A stretch of 64,000 bases of DNA, from assembly GCF_018350175.1 (NCBI RefSeq), contig NC_058368.1, positions 204,540,001-204,604,000 of the forward strand. Reading direction: 5' to 3'. Every line of letters begins with the position of its first letter. The first letter of the stretch is position 1. Positions 50,190 to 61,522 of this stretch are shown here, in pieces. The DNA comes from Felis catus. Lineage: Eukaryota. The notes under the pieces were generated by a model. That model searched no databases. It was not told the DNA's origin and saw only the letters and a program-made list of their open reading frames with translations. The translations under genes were made by a program, and so were the position numbers.

Positions 50190-50412
50190 TTTTTTTTTTT
50201 TTTTTTTTTTAACGTTTATTTATTTTTGAGACAGAGAGAGACAGAGCATGAACGGGGGAGGGGCAGAGAGAGAGGGAGACACAGAATCGGAAGCAGGCTC
50301 CAGGCTCTGAGCCATCAGCCCAGAGCCCGACGCGGGGCTCGAACTCACGGACCGCGAGATCGTGACCCGGGCGAAGTCGGACGCTTAACCGACTGAGCCA
50401 CCCAGGCGCCCC
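50190..50412 (-). mobile_element. Young SINEC_Fc-type SINE
   Basis: CpG-rich near-consensus body; tt(g/a)tccctct flanks. Confidence 0.95.
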
Positions 50413-50926
50413 TTATCCCTCTAAAACTTAACCTCTCCCCCCCCCCCCCCCCCCCCAGCCCTTGCTAATGTATCCTTCAAAGCATTCAAGTAACACCGAT
50501 GCCTGCTCTCTGCACTCAGCTGGAGGGCCACATTCAGCTTCAAGACAACCCTCCCCCCAGGAGGTGTCATTTGCTCCCCCTTCTCTCCCTAATAACCATG
50601 ACATCTGAAAGGGCACTCTAGCTGAGCCCAGCTCTTCCTGCCCCAAAGCCACCCATATCTCTTCCCATCCCATCTCGATGCCACGTTCTGAGAATCGGGT
50701 CCACAGTGGAGAATAGGAAAAAGGGTTTAAACCTTGTATACATATTCAATTAGACAACCATGAAAATTATAAGTAGATCTGAAAGTTTCTTAGCACATTA
50801 TTGATTACATTAAGACCGGCTTTTTTTTTTTTTTTCCAACTAAAAAAATCTGCAAGTCATTCAAGGGAGGGAAGATAAGATAAGGCATGCTCTCTATAGC
50901 AGTGTAAGAACTCCTACTGTTGTGTC

Positions 50927-51460
50927 TCAGGCTCCTTCCAGCGCATCGGTTGAAGGGGCGCTGTGGGCCCCGACGACGATGCTGGAATTCTTTCCCCCTC
51001 CGGCTTCCACCTTGCCTTGAGCCGCGGTTTTCAGCAGCTTCCGGGGACGGCCCGGGCTCCTGGAGGCGGTCTGGCCGTGGGTCTGTCCTCCTCCGCTGGC
51101 GCTGGCATCTCCTGGCCGGTTCAGGGTCCATCGGGCAACACGGTCTGTCGCATGTGCCTCTCGTGGAGGTGACTGTAGCTCCATCGCGGTCTCAGCCGGG
51201 ACGTGAGGGTCTCGGCAGCGTTTCTGGCCCCTCTCAAGCCGGGGACCATCTCCGTGCCAGGGGTCAGCGTGGCGCAGCCTCCCGCACGCACCGGGGTTCC
51301 AGTCCCCGCACAACTGGGGGCGTTGGCAGGAGGGGCGGCTCAGCGCCGGGAAGTTATCCAGCGCCCAGGCCTGTTCTCGGTTCAGGCCCGGGGGCATGAG
51401 GGGCTCCGGACGTGCCCACCTGCAAGACGGCCCTTCCAGCGTGGGCAGATGGGGGTCCAT
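50927..51460 (-). CDS. Divergent ANXA2R-family single-exon ORF, 177 aa (candidate gene; C-terminus may be in a shifted frame)
   Basis: Kozak gccATGG; TATAAAA ~77 nt upstream. MDPHLP..EPLMPPGLNREQ..LDNFPALSRPS..L..DWNPGACGRLRHADP..GPR aligns with M*PHFP..EPQPASLLNSED..LPFYPVLGESS..L..ELLSSPCWRLRWVYP..LPR of the 9-kb copy. CpGs are retained. Confidence 0.5.
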   Translation of the reverse strand: MDPHLPTLEGPSCRWARPEPLMPPGLNREQAWALDNFPALSRPSCQRPQLCGDWNPGACGRLRHADPWHGDGPRLERGQKRCRDPHVPAETAMELQSPPREAHATDRVARWTLNRPGDASASGGGQTHGQTASRSPGRPRKLLKTAAQGKVEAGGGKNSSIVVGAHSAPSTDALEGA

Positions 51461-51645
51461 GGCTTCAGCCTCTGACCAGGCCGAGACGTGCAGCCAGTCT
51501 GGGAGAAAGAAGATGCATCCAGCGCTGGGTGTGCCCTTTTATAGCGCTCGGTCGTGTGTAGGATCTCAGAAAGGACTGTCCTGATACTTGGGGCTGACCC
51601 TCATTAGCCTTGCAAATTACCTCAGAGCCGGATAAGATTAAGGAG
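51461..51645 (-). promoter_or_regulatory. TATA-containing promoter and 5'UTR of the 177-aa ORF
   Basis: TATAAAA at 51543-51537; TAATCTTATC at 51640-51631; alignable with the region upstream of the 54-kb copy. Confidence 0.55.
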
Positions 51646-53054
51646 AAAATTGCATCATTCCAGGAGGCACTATGGAAACTCCAAAGTGTGATGATTGGGG
51701 GATGAGAGGAAGGGTCCAGTTATTGACAGCTCCCTTAGATATAGAAAGGCTCCACATGTTTCAGATAAGCCTAGACAAATTGCACTTCTTATATCCAATT
51801 CTCTTCCCATATCACAGAGGCACTGCCCGGTGGTGGAGCTGAGACTCTGGTGAGGTTGGATCGTCACAGAAGATCACAAAGCTAGTTCATGCTGGCACTG
51901 GACTGAGAACCTTAAGCATGGGTATGAGGTAAGGGAATGAGCAAAGGAATAATTAGGTTGGGCAGGAAAAAGGAGAGTCTCAGACCTACTTAGAATTGTA
52001 ATTTTTCTCTTTCTTTCTACACTTAATTGCCTGAATGAAAGGGATGTTCAAAACTGCTATGATTTTCATAGCCTGTAGGCAGATGACTTAAGGTCACATT
52101 TTCAAGAGTGTTTTTGCTGAACCTTTTCCTTTTCAATGCAATTATGTGCATTCTTAGTTATTTCCCTTATTTGCTTTCCCTTCTTCCACTGCAACACTAT
52201 TTACTTTAAATGTGTATTTTTCTATTAACCAGTCTTGTAATAAGTGATTTATTTTGTGTGTGCTTTTATTTTCAATTCATGTAGAAACTATTAGATTGCA
52301 TGTTATTTTATTTATTATTTTGCACTCATTTGCAAATTTCTGAGATGTTTACATAGACATTTGATCTGTTGCTTCCAAGTCTGGCATATTAGCCTCTGAT
52401 GAGTCTCTGCCAGTCTTTACCTGTCTGCTGTCCCCAGGGGATACTCAGATTGTCACTTAGCCACCATCACCATATATGACAGTCCCTTACAACCTGTAAA
52501 GAGAATTTCTCTAGGCTATGAACCCATAGCAGAATTGTGCCATGGAAAATGTCTAAACCCAATTTTACCGAGTTCCGCCAGATTGTTTTTTTAGCACGAA
52601 TGCAGCACTTACCTGGCACATGAGGATTACTTGGTGCACACATTCCCCCCAAGCCCTTGGAAGACCCAGCATTGGAACACTTGCCGGGGTGGCATGGTTC
52701 TGAAGAGACCAGCTGTGGTGGTGACCACCCGATTCAGGGTGTTCTGATTTCTGACGGCATCTCTCTTGGTGTGTCAGTTTGCACGGCCACACTTGAGACC
52801 TTTTCTCTGATGTTCAGTTAAAATGTGTGTTCACCTTCCTGTTGGACTTGAAGTTATTCTTTATCTGCTAAAATCCTTAAACTACTGGGCTTAAACTACT
52901 GTTTCTGTTGCAAAAAAAAAAAAAAAAAGAAAGAAAAAGAAAAAGAAAAAAGAAAAAACAGAAAAAGAAACAACAGTGACCGCACATTCAACTTTATGTA
53001 TGTATATATATTTTTAGCTTATTACAATCTATTTTCTTTTTCTTCTTGTATTTT

Positions 53055-53278
53055 TTTATTAAAAAAAATTTTTTTTGACCCTTACTTATTTTTGAGACAG
53101 AGAGAGACAGAGCGTGAACGGGGGAGGGTCAGAGAGAGGGAGACACAGAATCCAAAACAGGCTCCAGGCTGTCAGCACAGAGCCCGATGGCTCGATTCGG
53201 GGCTCGAACTCATGGACCGCGAGATCATGACCTGAGCCCAAGTCAGACGTTTAACCGACTGAGCCACCCAGGCGCCCC
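53055..53278 (-). mobile_element. CanSINE (a second short SINE lies at ~53385-53497)
   Basis: SINE body and T-tail. Confidence 0.9.
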
Positions 53279-54379
53279 TATTTTCTTTTTAACAACCTTG
53301 GTAGAATGAATGTAGTTTTTCCTCATAAACTATTTAAATATTTAAAGTATTTTTTTTCTATTTTCAGGATATTTCAAGAATTGTTTTTGTTTTTAGATTT
53401 TATTTTCGAGTAATTTCTACACCCAGCCTAAGGCTTGAACTTACAACCAAGAGATCAAGAGTTGTATGTTCTACTGACTGAACCAGCCAGGCACCCCTAT
53501 TCGAGAATGTTTGTTTGACATTGCACATGATTTTTAGACGAGAAAAAGGTAAATAAGAAAAAAGAAATTCCCCTCATTGTTGCATCTGGAAACCTTACAT
53601 TTTTCCTTTCTTATAAGCCCTTCCATCAAGAATTAAGTAAATTATTTAAATAAAGACATATTGATCCTTTCTGTATATGTTAATTTCATTCACACAGGGA
53701 TCTTGGGGCAGGAGCCACGAGGCCTGCTTTCCAGGACCTACTGTGATCCCGGTGGGGTTGTTGATCTAGATCATACATTGGAGCCTGACTATGGCTGGAG
53801 GGCAGAGAGGGCAGAGAAACTCAAGATGTAGGAACTACTCCTTGGCTGAACTCAGAAGAAAAATTGTCCAAGCAGAAATATATCCTCCTTAACCAGATTC
53901 CCGGATTCCTGTCTCATTGCATATCCACTCCCAGACCTGCCCAGATTTTAAGACTGGCTTTGAGTGAGGCTGAAATTAGCACTCCTTTGCCACTGGCCGC
54001 ATTGAATACTTTTTACCCATCCTCCCAGGACCAAAAGGAGAGGAGAACTCTAAGTTCCCACTGCTAGTAGGTCTCAAGGATAGCTCAGGATCAGAGCTTT
54101 GTCCCCTACCCTTCACCCTTCTGCAGCTTACTACCTTTATTCCAAGTACTAAAAGGAGAGAAAAAGTACTTCCTCACAGGTGTACCCTCCCTCTCCTCTT
54201 TTTCCTCTTTTCTTTTAATTCTGTTTACCATGGAGAAAGATAACAAAACATTTACAAAGGCCTATAAAGACAACATTTATTGTGTTACTAGTGAGTATAT
54301 GAAGAGACTTTTATAAGTGAAACATCTCTCTAGAAGAGGATAAACAAATACAAGTTCCCAGGCTAACACCTCAGTTTTC

Positions 54380-54863
54380 CTAAGACCATATAGTCATGGC
54401 TCAGAGGCTCAAAAGTAGCATGTATCTGGGGAGCATCATTCTGGAAGTCCTCACTGCCAGAGATCTCAGTCTCCAGGGGTCTCTCCAGAGCTCGATGGAT
54501 CTGGCTGAGAGAGCCTGCCATGGCAGGTACCTGTCCCAGTGTTCTGAGGCACCTGCTCTCCTGGGGCTGACTTGCACTCCTTCTGGCTCATGGGTGATGG
54601 CTCCTAGACAGACAGGTCTAAGTCTTGTTCCAAAGTGTTCTGGGCTCTAGACAGGTGTTGGTGTTGAGGGCAGACCCAGCTCAGGAGTCCGCACAGACTG
54701 GAAAGCAGTTCCCAGTTGAAACTGGGCTCCCCCAGCTTAGGGTAGAAAGGCAGTGACCATGGCCCCAAATCTTTTGAACTCAGAGACAAAGGCAGCTGGG
54801 GTTCCAGTGTCACCTCTGCAGAATCCCAAGCCAGCTTCACCCAGGGGCAAAAAGCTGGTCCAT
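54380..54863 (-). pseudogene. ANXA2R-like pseudogene
   Basis: gtcATGGACCAGCTTTTT, a 1-nt deletion, then VKLAWDSAEVTLEPQLPLSLSSKDLGPWSLPFYPKLGE..WELLSSLCGLLSWV..AQNTLE (recalled human: VKRAWDSAEVAPEPQP..SSEDRGPWPLPLYPVLGE). TAG at 54606-54604. Confidence 0.85.
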
Positions 54864-55989
54864 GACTTCAGCCTCTAGATGTGGACGAATGGAGTATCTG
54901 GACCAAGGGAGGAGGCCAAAGATGGACCCCAGCATGGGAATTTGCACCGTTTGGTCTCTTGTACGGTCCCAAATGACAGTGCATTAGGTAGGCTGGTGAC
55001 ATTACTTTTGGAGACAAATTGCTTCAGAAGGCCGAAGGCTGTTAAGTCGGAAGTGTAAACGAATTGACTGCAATCTTATTGAACTGGCATCAGTGCGTAA
55101 TTGGATTAAGGTTGAAAACCAGAAAGGCCACAAATGGGGTTAGTGATTATGAAAAACCAGATACATTCTGTGTCCCTTATATATGTGATGTCTGATGTTC
55201 TCATCACCTGAAATCAAAGCACAGGCTCTGGTGGAGCCCAGATGAAAACCTGGGTCTCCAGAGAGAAGATTTCTGTGGTGGGGAACGGCTTGGAGAGGAG
55301 ATGGGGGCCAAGGTAACTGATCAATTCTCCAGTCTTGACTTGGACTCTCAACTTTCTGTTCTGGTCCTCTTCTTTGCAACTCCTAAATTATAAGAACTGA
55401 GACGAGAGAGCCAAAGGAGCTTTAGATACCAAAAGGTTACATATTTTGGGTTCCAAATCTGGTTTTGACCTTTACTAAACGTACGTAATTATTATTTAAA
55501 CTCTCTAAGCCACAGGTTTTGTTTTTTAATCTCTGAAGGGAGGACAAAAATTACTAATTTCAAAAAGTAGCTTTGAGGATTTAATAAAGTAATATAGGTA
55601 AGGTGACAGTTCCTGACACAGAATATCATTAATAACCTTTGCAAAGGTATAATCATTATTATTTGATCAATGCTAGTATGGTAGAGGTCCGCGGTTCTAT
55701 TACGGCTCTTTATCCCCAGAAGAACAAATGGAGAATGCAGCTTTCAAGAAATGTCTCTAATGTAAGTAGATTTTTACATTCTTTTATTGGATCCACAAAT
55801 TGTAGCTAGTGTACCTATTTTCTGTTTAGCATTTTGCATGACCCAAGTTTTCCTCTTCAGTGTCATCGACATTGTGTAATCATTCAATTAACAGGCGTAT
55901 ATTGAGAGCCTGCCTTTTGCCAGGTGCTGTGAAAGGAGCCACACATACAAAGGCAATGAAGGCCCATCTCTCCTCTCCTGCCTGAAGCA

Positions 55990-57020
55990 GGTGCAGGATT
56001 CTGCAGCCCCACAACTTGAGCCTGAAAGGGACCAGACGCTGTGGGGGAACGGCTCTCTGAAAAGCACTGGGCAGGCAGGAACCCCAGCCAGCCTCCCTGT
56101 GAGCTGCTTGGCTCCGTGGTTAAAGACACGGACAAGGTCTGGACACCAAGCGTACATGGCCTCTGCCAGGCCATTTGGGGCCCAAGCTCCGGTCCTGGGT
56201 CCGAAAGCCCAAAGCAGCGCCAGGGGAAGTTGGCCCACCTTGGCCAGCCAGCGGGGGAAGCGTCGCAGGGAGGCCGGGCCCTGCACAGGGCCTGTCGTGC
56301 TTACAGAGCGATTCCCGCGGCTTACTGGAGTCTTCGCTACATCCCACACCCATCCACCCATCGCTCTTTCACATCCACCCCCCCACCCGCACCCTTACAC
56401 TGCCGCCTGCCCCCGAGCCCTGCTGCGGCCCTCTCCGCTCCCCCTTCTCTTCTGTTGGGTGGAGAATAAGCGCGCAGCGCGGACCCAGGTCGCGAGCCCT
56501 GGATGCATAGCCTTCCGAGGGCCTCAGCCCCCCCGGGGGCCCGCTTCCTTTCCGTGCCCTTCGTTTTGTGCACATTTAAAAAGTCTTCCGAATTGAATCA
56601 TCCGCTTATGATCAATAAAAACGTACCGAGATTTGTCTTTACGGGTTTTAGAGATTTCGAGGGGATGTTTTTCAAAGAAATTTTAACCCCCGCCCCCCAA
56701 GTCACAGTCATTTCGCTAATTCACTCGTTCAGAGGTGAAACAGGAGAGCAAAAAACTCCGTTAACGTGAACGGGAAAATGCAAGTCTTTTTTTGCACCCG
56801 CCTTTCGTCTTCCAGGTTGAGCCCTGACACGCTTTTAAAAGCCTTAGCTAGTGTTTCAAATCTAAGTTTGCTTAAAATTAGACTAGTGGCCCAAGGGCAC
56901 AGCATTATTAGCTAATGAGAAGAAACAAAAGGCATTCACGTTAAAAACCAGCCCGCAGCTACTAGGCATTAAAGAAACAAAGTTTAAGCCGAACGCCAGA
57001 AGGGGGAGCACAAAGAGAGT
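55990..57020. promoter_or_regulatory. CpG-rich island, no recognisable CDS
   Basis: Elevated GC and CpG at 56110-56560, with CpG persisting in the AT-richer flank to ~57020. Confidence 0.55.
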
Positions 57021-57039
57021 GGATCCGTAAGTGTTTCCA

Positions 57040-57072
<33 letters not shown>

Positions 57073-57088
57073 CGCACACCACGCACAC
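57040..57088. repeat. (CA)n microsatellite
   Basis: Direct observation. Confidence 0.97.
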
Positions 57089-57480
57089 AAAGGTAACGCT
57101 GTGAAGCGATGGATGTGTTAACTAACTTGATTGTGGTACACTTCGCAATGTATGCAGTATATTAAATCATTACGTTGTACAGCTCAAAAAAAAAAAAAAA
57201 AAAGAGAAAATAGAAGAATGGGGGACCTAGAAGCTCGAACCAGAGAGAGAAGCTTCCTCCAGATGAGAGAAACAAGTTTCCACTCTGTTCTCTTCCCTCC
57301 TATCACCCAGTACTTTCCAGAAACACAGTTAATTACATGGGTTATTGCAAATGCACCCACAGATATGCCAGAATAACAATTCCGACTCCAATAATATGGT
57401 TATAAAAATCATTATAATTTTGAGGCACTTGAAAGAGTCTTTGGTCTATTCTACTAGAGAGAAATAGTAGAATTACGGTC

Positions 57481-57705
57481 TTTTTTTTTTTAATTTTTTT
57501 TTTAACGTTTATTTATTTTTGGGACAGACAGAGACAGAGCATGAACGGGGGAGGGGCAGAGAGAGAGGGAGACACAGAATCGGAAACAGGCTCCAGGTTC
57601 TGAGCCATCAGCCCAGAGCCTGACGCGGGGCTCGAACTCCCGGACCGCGAGATCGTGACCGGGCTGAAGTCGGACGCTTAACCAACTGCGCCACCCAGGC
57701 GCCCC
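57481..57705 (-). mobile_element. Young SINEC_Fc-type SINE
   Basis: TSD aattacggtcttt. Confidence 0.95.
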
Positions 57706-58407
57706 AAAATTACGGTCTTTTAAAATCACTTGAAATAGTTCCTCCTGGTGTGGTATGACACAAACTTGTTACACATTTAGGACCTTTGTGTTTCATTTTG
57801 GTTTCAATTTTTAAGAATTATTTTATATAATTATAAAACAATTTTTTTAAGTATTAAAAATTTTCCCAAACCAAATCTACAAATTACATCCAGAGGTGTT
57901 CAGATTCTGTTCAAACGTCTTCCACTCTGTTCTTCTATATTCATATATATGGAGAGAGAGAAGGAGAGACTATATTCTCATCTCCTTGCTTTTTTCCACT
58001 TACTAGGTTTCCAACAAGCTTCTCCCTTGGGTTCAGTCCTTCCCCCATCTTTCAGGATTCCATAAGGCAGTTCTCACTACGTCTGTCTTCTTGTTGGTAA
58101 AGGACATAATTTATGATGGAAAAATTGAGATTTCTCCCCCTTCTCCCAACTCCCCACCTGTCTTACTGATTTAGAATGAGAAAATTAGAGGGAGAAAGGC
58201 AGAGGGTGGAACATGAGAAAAGGGATTCCCATTCAAGAATGAAGAAACTTAATTTTGATCAATAATTAAAAGCATTCAGATAAATGGATTCTACTTTTCT
58301 GGTTTCCTATCATTTGAGGTGAAAAGATAAAGACTCTCTTGATCTCTCATTGCTTATTATTGTTTCGAGGTGAAAAGGTGTTTTAGAACACAGGGAAAAA
58401 TATTTAA

Positions 58408-58591
58408 GATTTTAAAATGTTTATTTACTTTTGGGGGGGGGGGGAAGGGGCAGAGAGAGCCAGGGAGACACAGAATCTGAAGCAGGCTCCAGGCAGCTCA
58501 GAGCCTGATGCGAGGCTCGAACTCACAAACTGTGAGATCATGACCTGAGCCAAAATTGGACACTTAACCGACTGAGCCACTCAGGCACCCC
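58408..58591 (-). mobile_element. CanSINE
   Basis: SINE body; gggaaaaatatttaa repeated on both sides. Confidence 0.9.
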
Positions 58592-59097
58592 TGGGGAAAA
58601 ATATTTAAAACATGGCTAGGGTGGAAGGTAGTGATAATCATTCGTAAGTGTATTATTTATCATTAATCACTCTACAGATCATTGAGCATAAAATGTCTTT
58701 ATTGAGATTTAAAAATAGTTCCCACCGCCTAAAAAGACTCCCTATTCTCCAACATCATTAAAACCTTGGAGTGCCTTCAGCAATTTCAGACTGTAGTCTG
58801 CTGTCTCTGCACTCTTGTCCTGAAGACAAGTGTTTCTGACTGATTTCCAGCAGAAACCATACAGAGCTTTGCTTATACTTAGATATCATCCACCTCTCTG
58901 TGCCCAATGGCCCCTCAAGACAAGTTTTTACACGTCCCCTGGTAAAGACCTTTCCTTCTCTCCTTTGTGCTGGCAAATTGGTGCCGCTGCAACCCCCAAT
59001 GGGAAGGTTCGATTTGTAAATAGAAAGCAAGAAGAGGCTTTTTCCCCTTCCCATTCTTCCCTCCCAGTGGGGCCAAAAGTAAGCTAGGATTTGTAGT

Positions 59098-59255
59098 CTA
59101 ACTTGCTACTCAGCGTGTGGTTAGCAGATAGCACGGGCATCACCTGGGAGCTTGTTAGAGATGCAGTATCCCAGGCTCCACCCCAGACCTACCGAATCTG
59201 AATCTCATCGGTGGCAGGTGATTTGTGTTCGCATTAGAGTTGAGACATACTCTGC
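59098..59255 (+). mobile_element. MER5A-like hAT-Charlie DNA transposon
   Basis: gctactcagcgtgtgg...gcatcacctgggagcttgttagagatgcag...ccccagacctaccgaatc. Confidence 0.85.
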
Positions 59256-59789
59256 AGGATTGGGGCCTGGGAGTTTGGGAACCAGCTCTTGTAATAGGCC
59301 GAGAGGACACAGACGCCCAATGCGGTTGTAAGATCCTTGGGCACAGGCTTTGGAACACAGGTGGCACTCTAGCTGCTCAGTGCAGAACTGTTCTTGGGAG
59401 ACATGCTGCTTCCTGCAGAATAGCTGCCCAACTGGCCCCGTGATTTTGAGTCAGATGAAGCCAGCGTCACCTCCCAGTAATCTCCAGGAGGCAACCTTGA
59501 GGCAGCCATGGCCCCGTGTTGAGGACAGTTACTTTTGTTATTTGGAAGTTTTGTGGGACTGCTAGTCCATGATATTTTACACACAAATTAAAATTGTTCA
59601 ATCCTGGTCAGATTGAACTAGAGGTTGAATCCAGAGACAAATGGCAAGATCCTTACGAGTGGATAAAAATGTTTTTTCTAAGTGTGAATGTTGAACTTTC
59701 ATCAATGATTTTTCTGTATTTTTCTTTTGTTCTTTTAATGCATGGAGTTGCATTCATCAATTTACCCTTAGATACATCCAATTTGGTAT

Positions 59790-59800
59790 GTATCTATCCA

Positions 59801-59845
<45 letters not shown>
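59790..59845. repeat. (TATC)n microsatellite
   Basis: Direct observation. Confidence 0.97.
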
Positions 59846-59967
59846 CGGCTGGTTTCAATTTCCTAAAGAGAAAGGGAAGCTGAAGGGATTCCATAAAAAT
59901 ATGCTTTTTGCTCCTTTTCTTGCTAAGACTGGCACCCCCACCTTACACATGCCGTTTTCAGAAAACA

Positions 59968-60019
59968 TTTTTTATTTATTATTATTTTTTTATTTTGGGG
60001 AGAGAGAGTTGGGGAGAGG

Positions 60020-60069
<50 letters not shown>

Positions 60070-60550
60070 GTGAGAGTGTGTCCGGGAGGGGCAGAGAGAA
60101 AGGGGGATATAGGATCTGAAGCCAGCTCTGTGCTGACAGCAGAGAGCCCGATGTAGGGCTCAAACTCACAGACATGGAGCCTACCTAAGATTCTTCCTCT
60201 GGGGTGCCTGGGTGGCTCAGTCGGTTGAGCATTTGACTTCAGCTCAGGTCATGATTTCAGTGAACTCAATTTTTTTTCTACCAACAAGAATGAGTCACAA
60301 TAGAATTTTACTGATATAAAGAAACAAACTCGGGGCGCCTGGGTGGCTTAGTTGGTTGAGCATCCGACTTCGGCTCAGGTCATGATCTCACAGTTCGTGA
60401 GTTCAAGCCCCGTGTCGGGCTCTGTGCTGAAATCTCAGAGCGTGGAGCCTGCTTCTGATTCTGTGCCTCCCTCTCTGCCCCTCCCCTGCTCATGCTCTGT
60501 CTCTCTGTCTCAAAAATAAATAAAACATTAACAAAATTAAAAAAAAAAAG
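59968..60550. mobile_element. CanSINE cluster (59968-60172 -, 60201-60260 + partial, 60332-60550 +)
   Basis: Recognisable SINE heads and bodies. Confidence 0.9.
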
Positions 60551-60749
60551 AAACTCAAATCTATCATAGAACTTTGAAACTATTGTACCTAGAAATTTTA
60601 AACAAATTAAATATTTACAGTTTTCCTGAATAGCTTGTGTTTTTTTATCATAACCGTATAAAAAAGTAATGATTTTTAAAATCAGGCCTCATAAACCTCT
60701 CCCCAATCATCTTCACTTTATCTTAGGTGCCAAATATTTTCATCATATT

Positions 60750-60967
60750 CTTTTTTTTTTAAGTTTGTTTATTTTGAGAGAGAAAGAGACAATGTGAGTG
60801 GGGGGGAGGGGCAGAGAGAGAGAGAGAGAGAGAGAGGGAGACAGAGAATCCCAAGCACTGACACTGCGGAGCCCAAAGAGGGGCTTGATCTCATGAAACC
60901 GTGAGATCATGACCTGAGCTGAAACCAAGAGTCAGATGCTTAACCGACTGAACCCCCCAGATGCCCC
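60750..60967 (-). mobile_element. CanSINE
   Basis: SINE body; ccaaatattttcatc on both sides. Confidence 0.9.
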
Positions 60968-61299
60968 AAATATTTTCATCTTCTATGTGTGCCAGGATAT
61001 GAAAACATTGAGAAGAGTTGTTTGAGATTATAGCACAACTTAGTTACAAACTATATTTATATTGCATATTTTTTAAAACTGGCCATGTACATATAACTTA
61101 TCTGACTTAGGAGAACAAATATTTGATAGTTTAAAGGCCTCATCCATTTCCAGTTTATGAAAAAATGGAATCTTTGCAAGGATGAATGCATGCTTGCCAT
61201 CCGATAATGCTTTCTGTGTTAACTGCACTATTACTGAGTGCAAACTATAAGGTCCTGTTAGACTCTAGAAGCATTTAAAAAGTACTGGAGTTAGTAATT

Positions 61300-61522
61300 T
61301 TTTTAAAAAATTTTTTTTAACATTTATTTATTTTTGGGACAGAGAGAGACAGAGCATGAACAGGGGAAGGGCAGAGAGAGAGGGAGACACAGAATCGGAA
61401 GCAGGCTCCAGGCTCCGAGCCATCAGCCCAGAGCCCGATGAGGGGCTTGAACTCACGGACCGTGAGATCGTGACCTGAGCTGAAGTCGGTCGCCCAACCG
61501 ACTGAGCCACCCAGGTGCCCCC
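61300..61522 (-). mobile_element. SINEC_Fc-type SINE
   Basis: TSD ggagttagtaatttt. Confidence 0.95.

Noticed and set aside
51530..51620. TATA box plus atttgcaa suggested a histone H2B-type promoter
   Set aside because: The octamer is imperfect, the downstream ORF has no histone fold, and no 3' stem-loop was seen.
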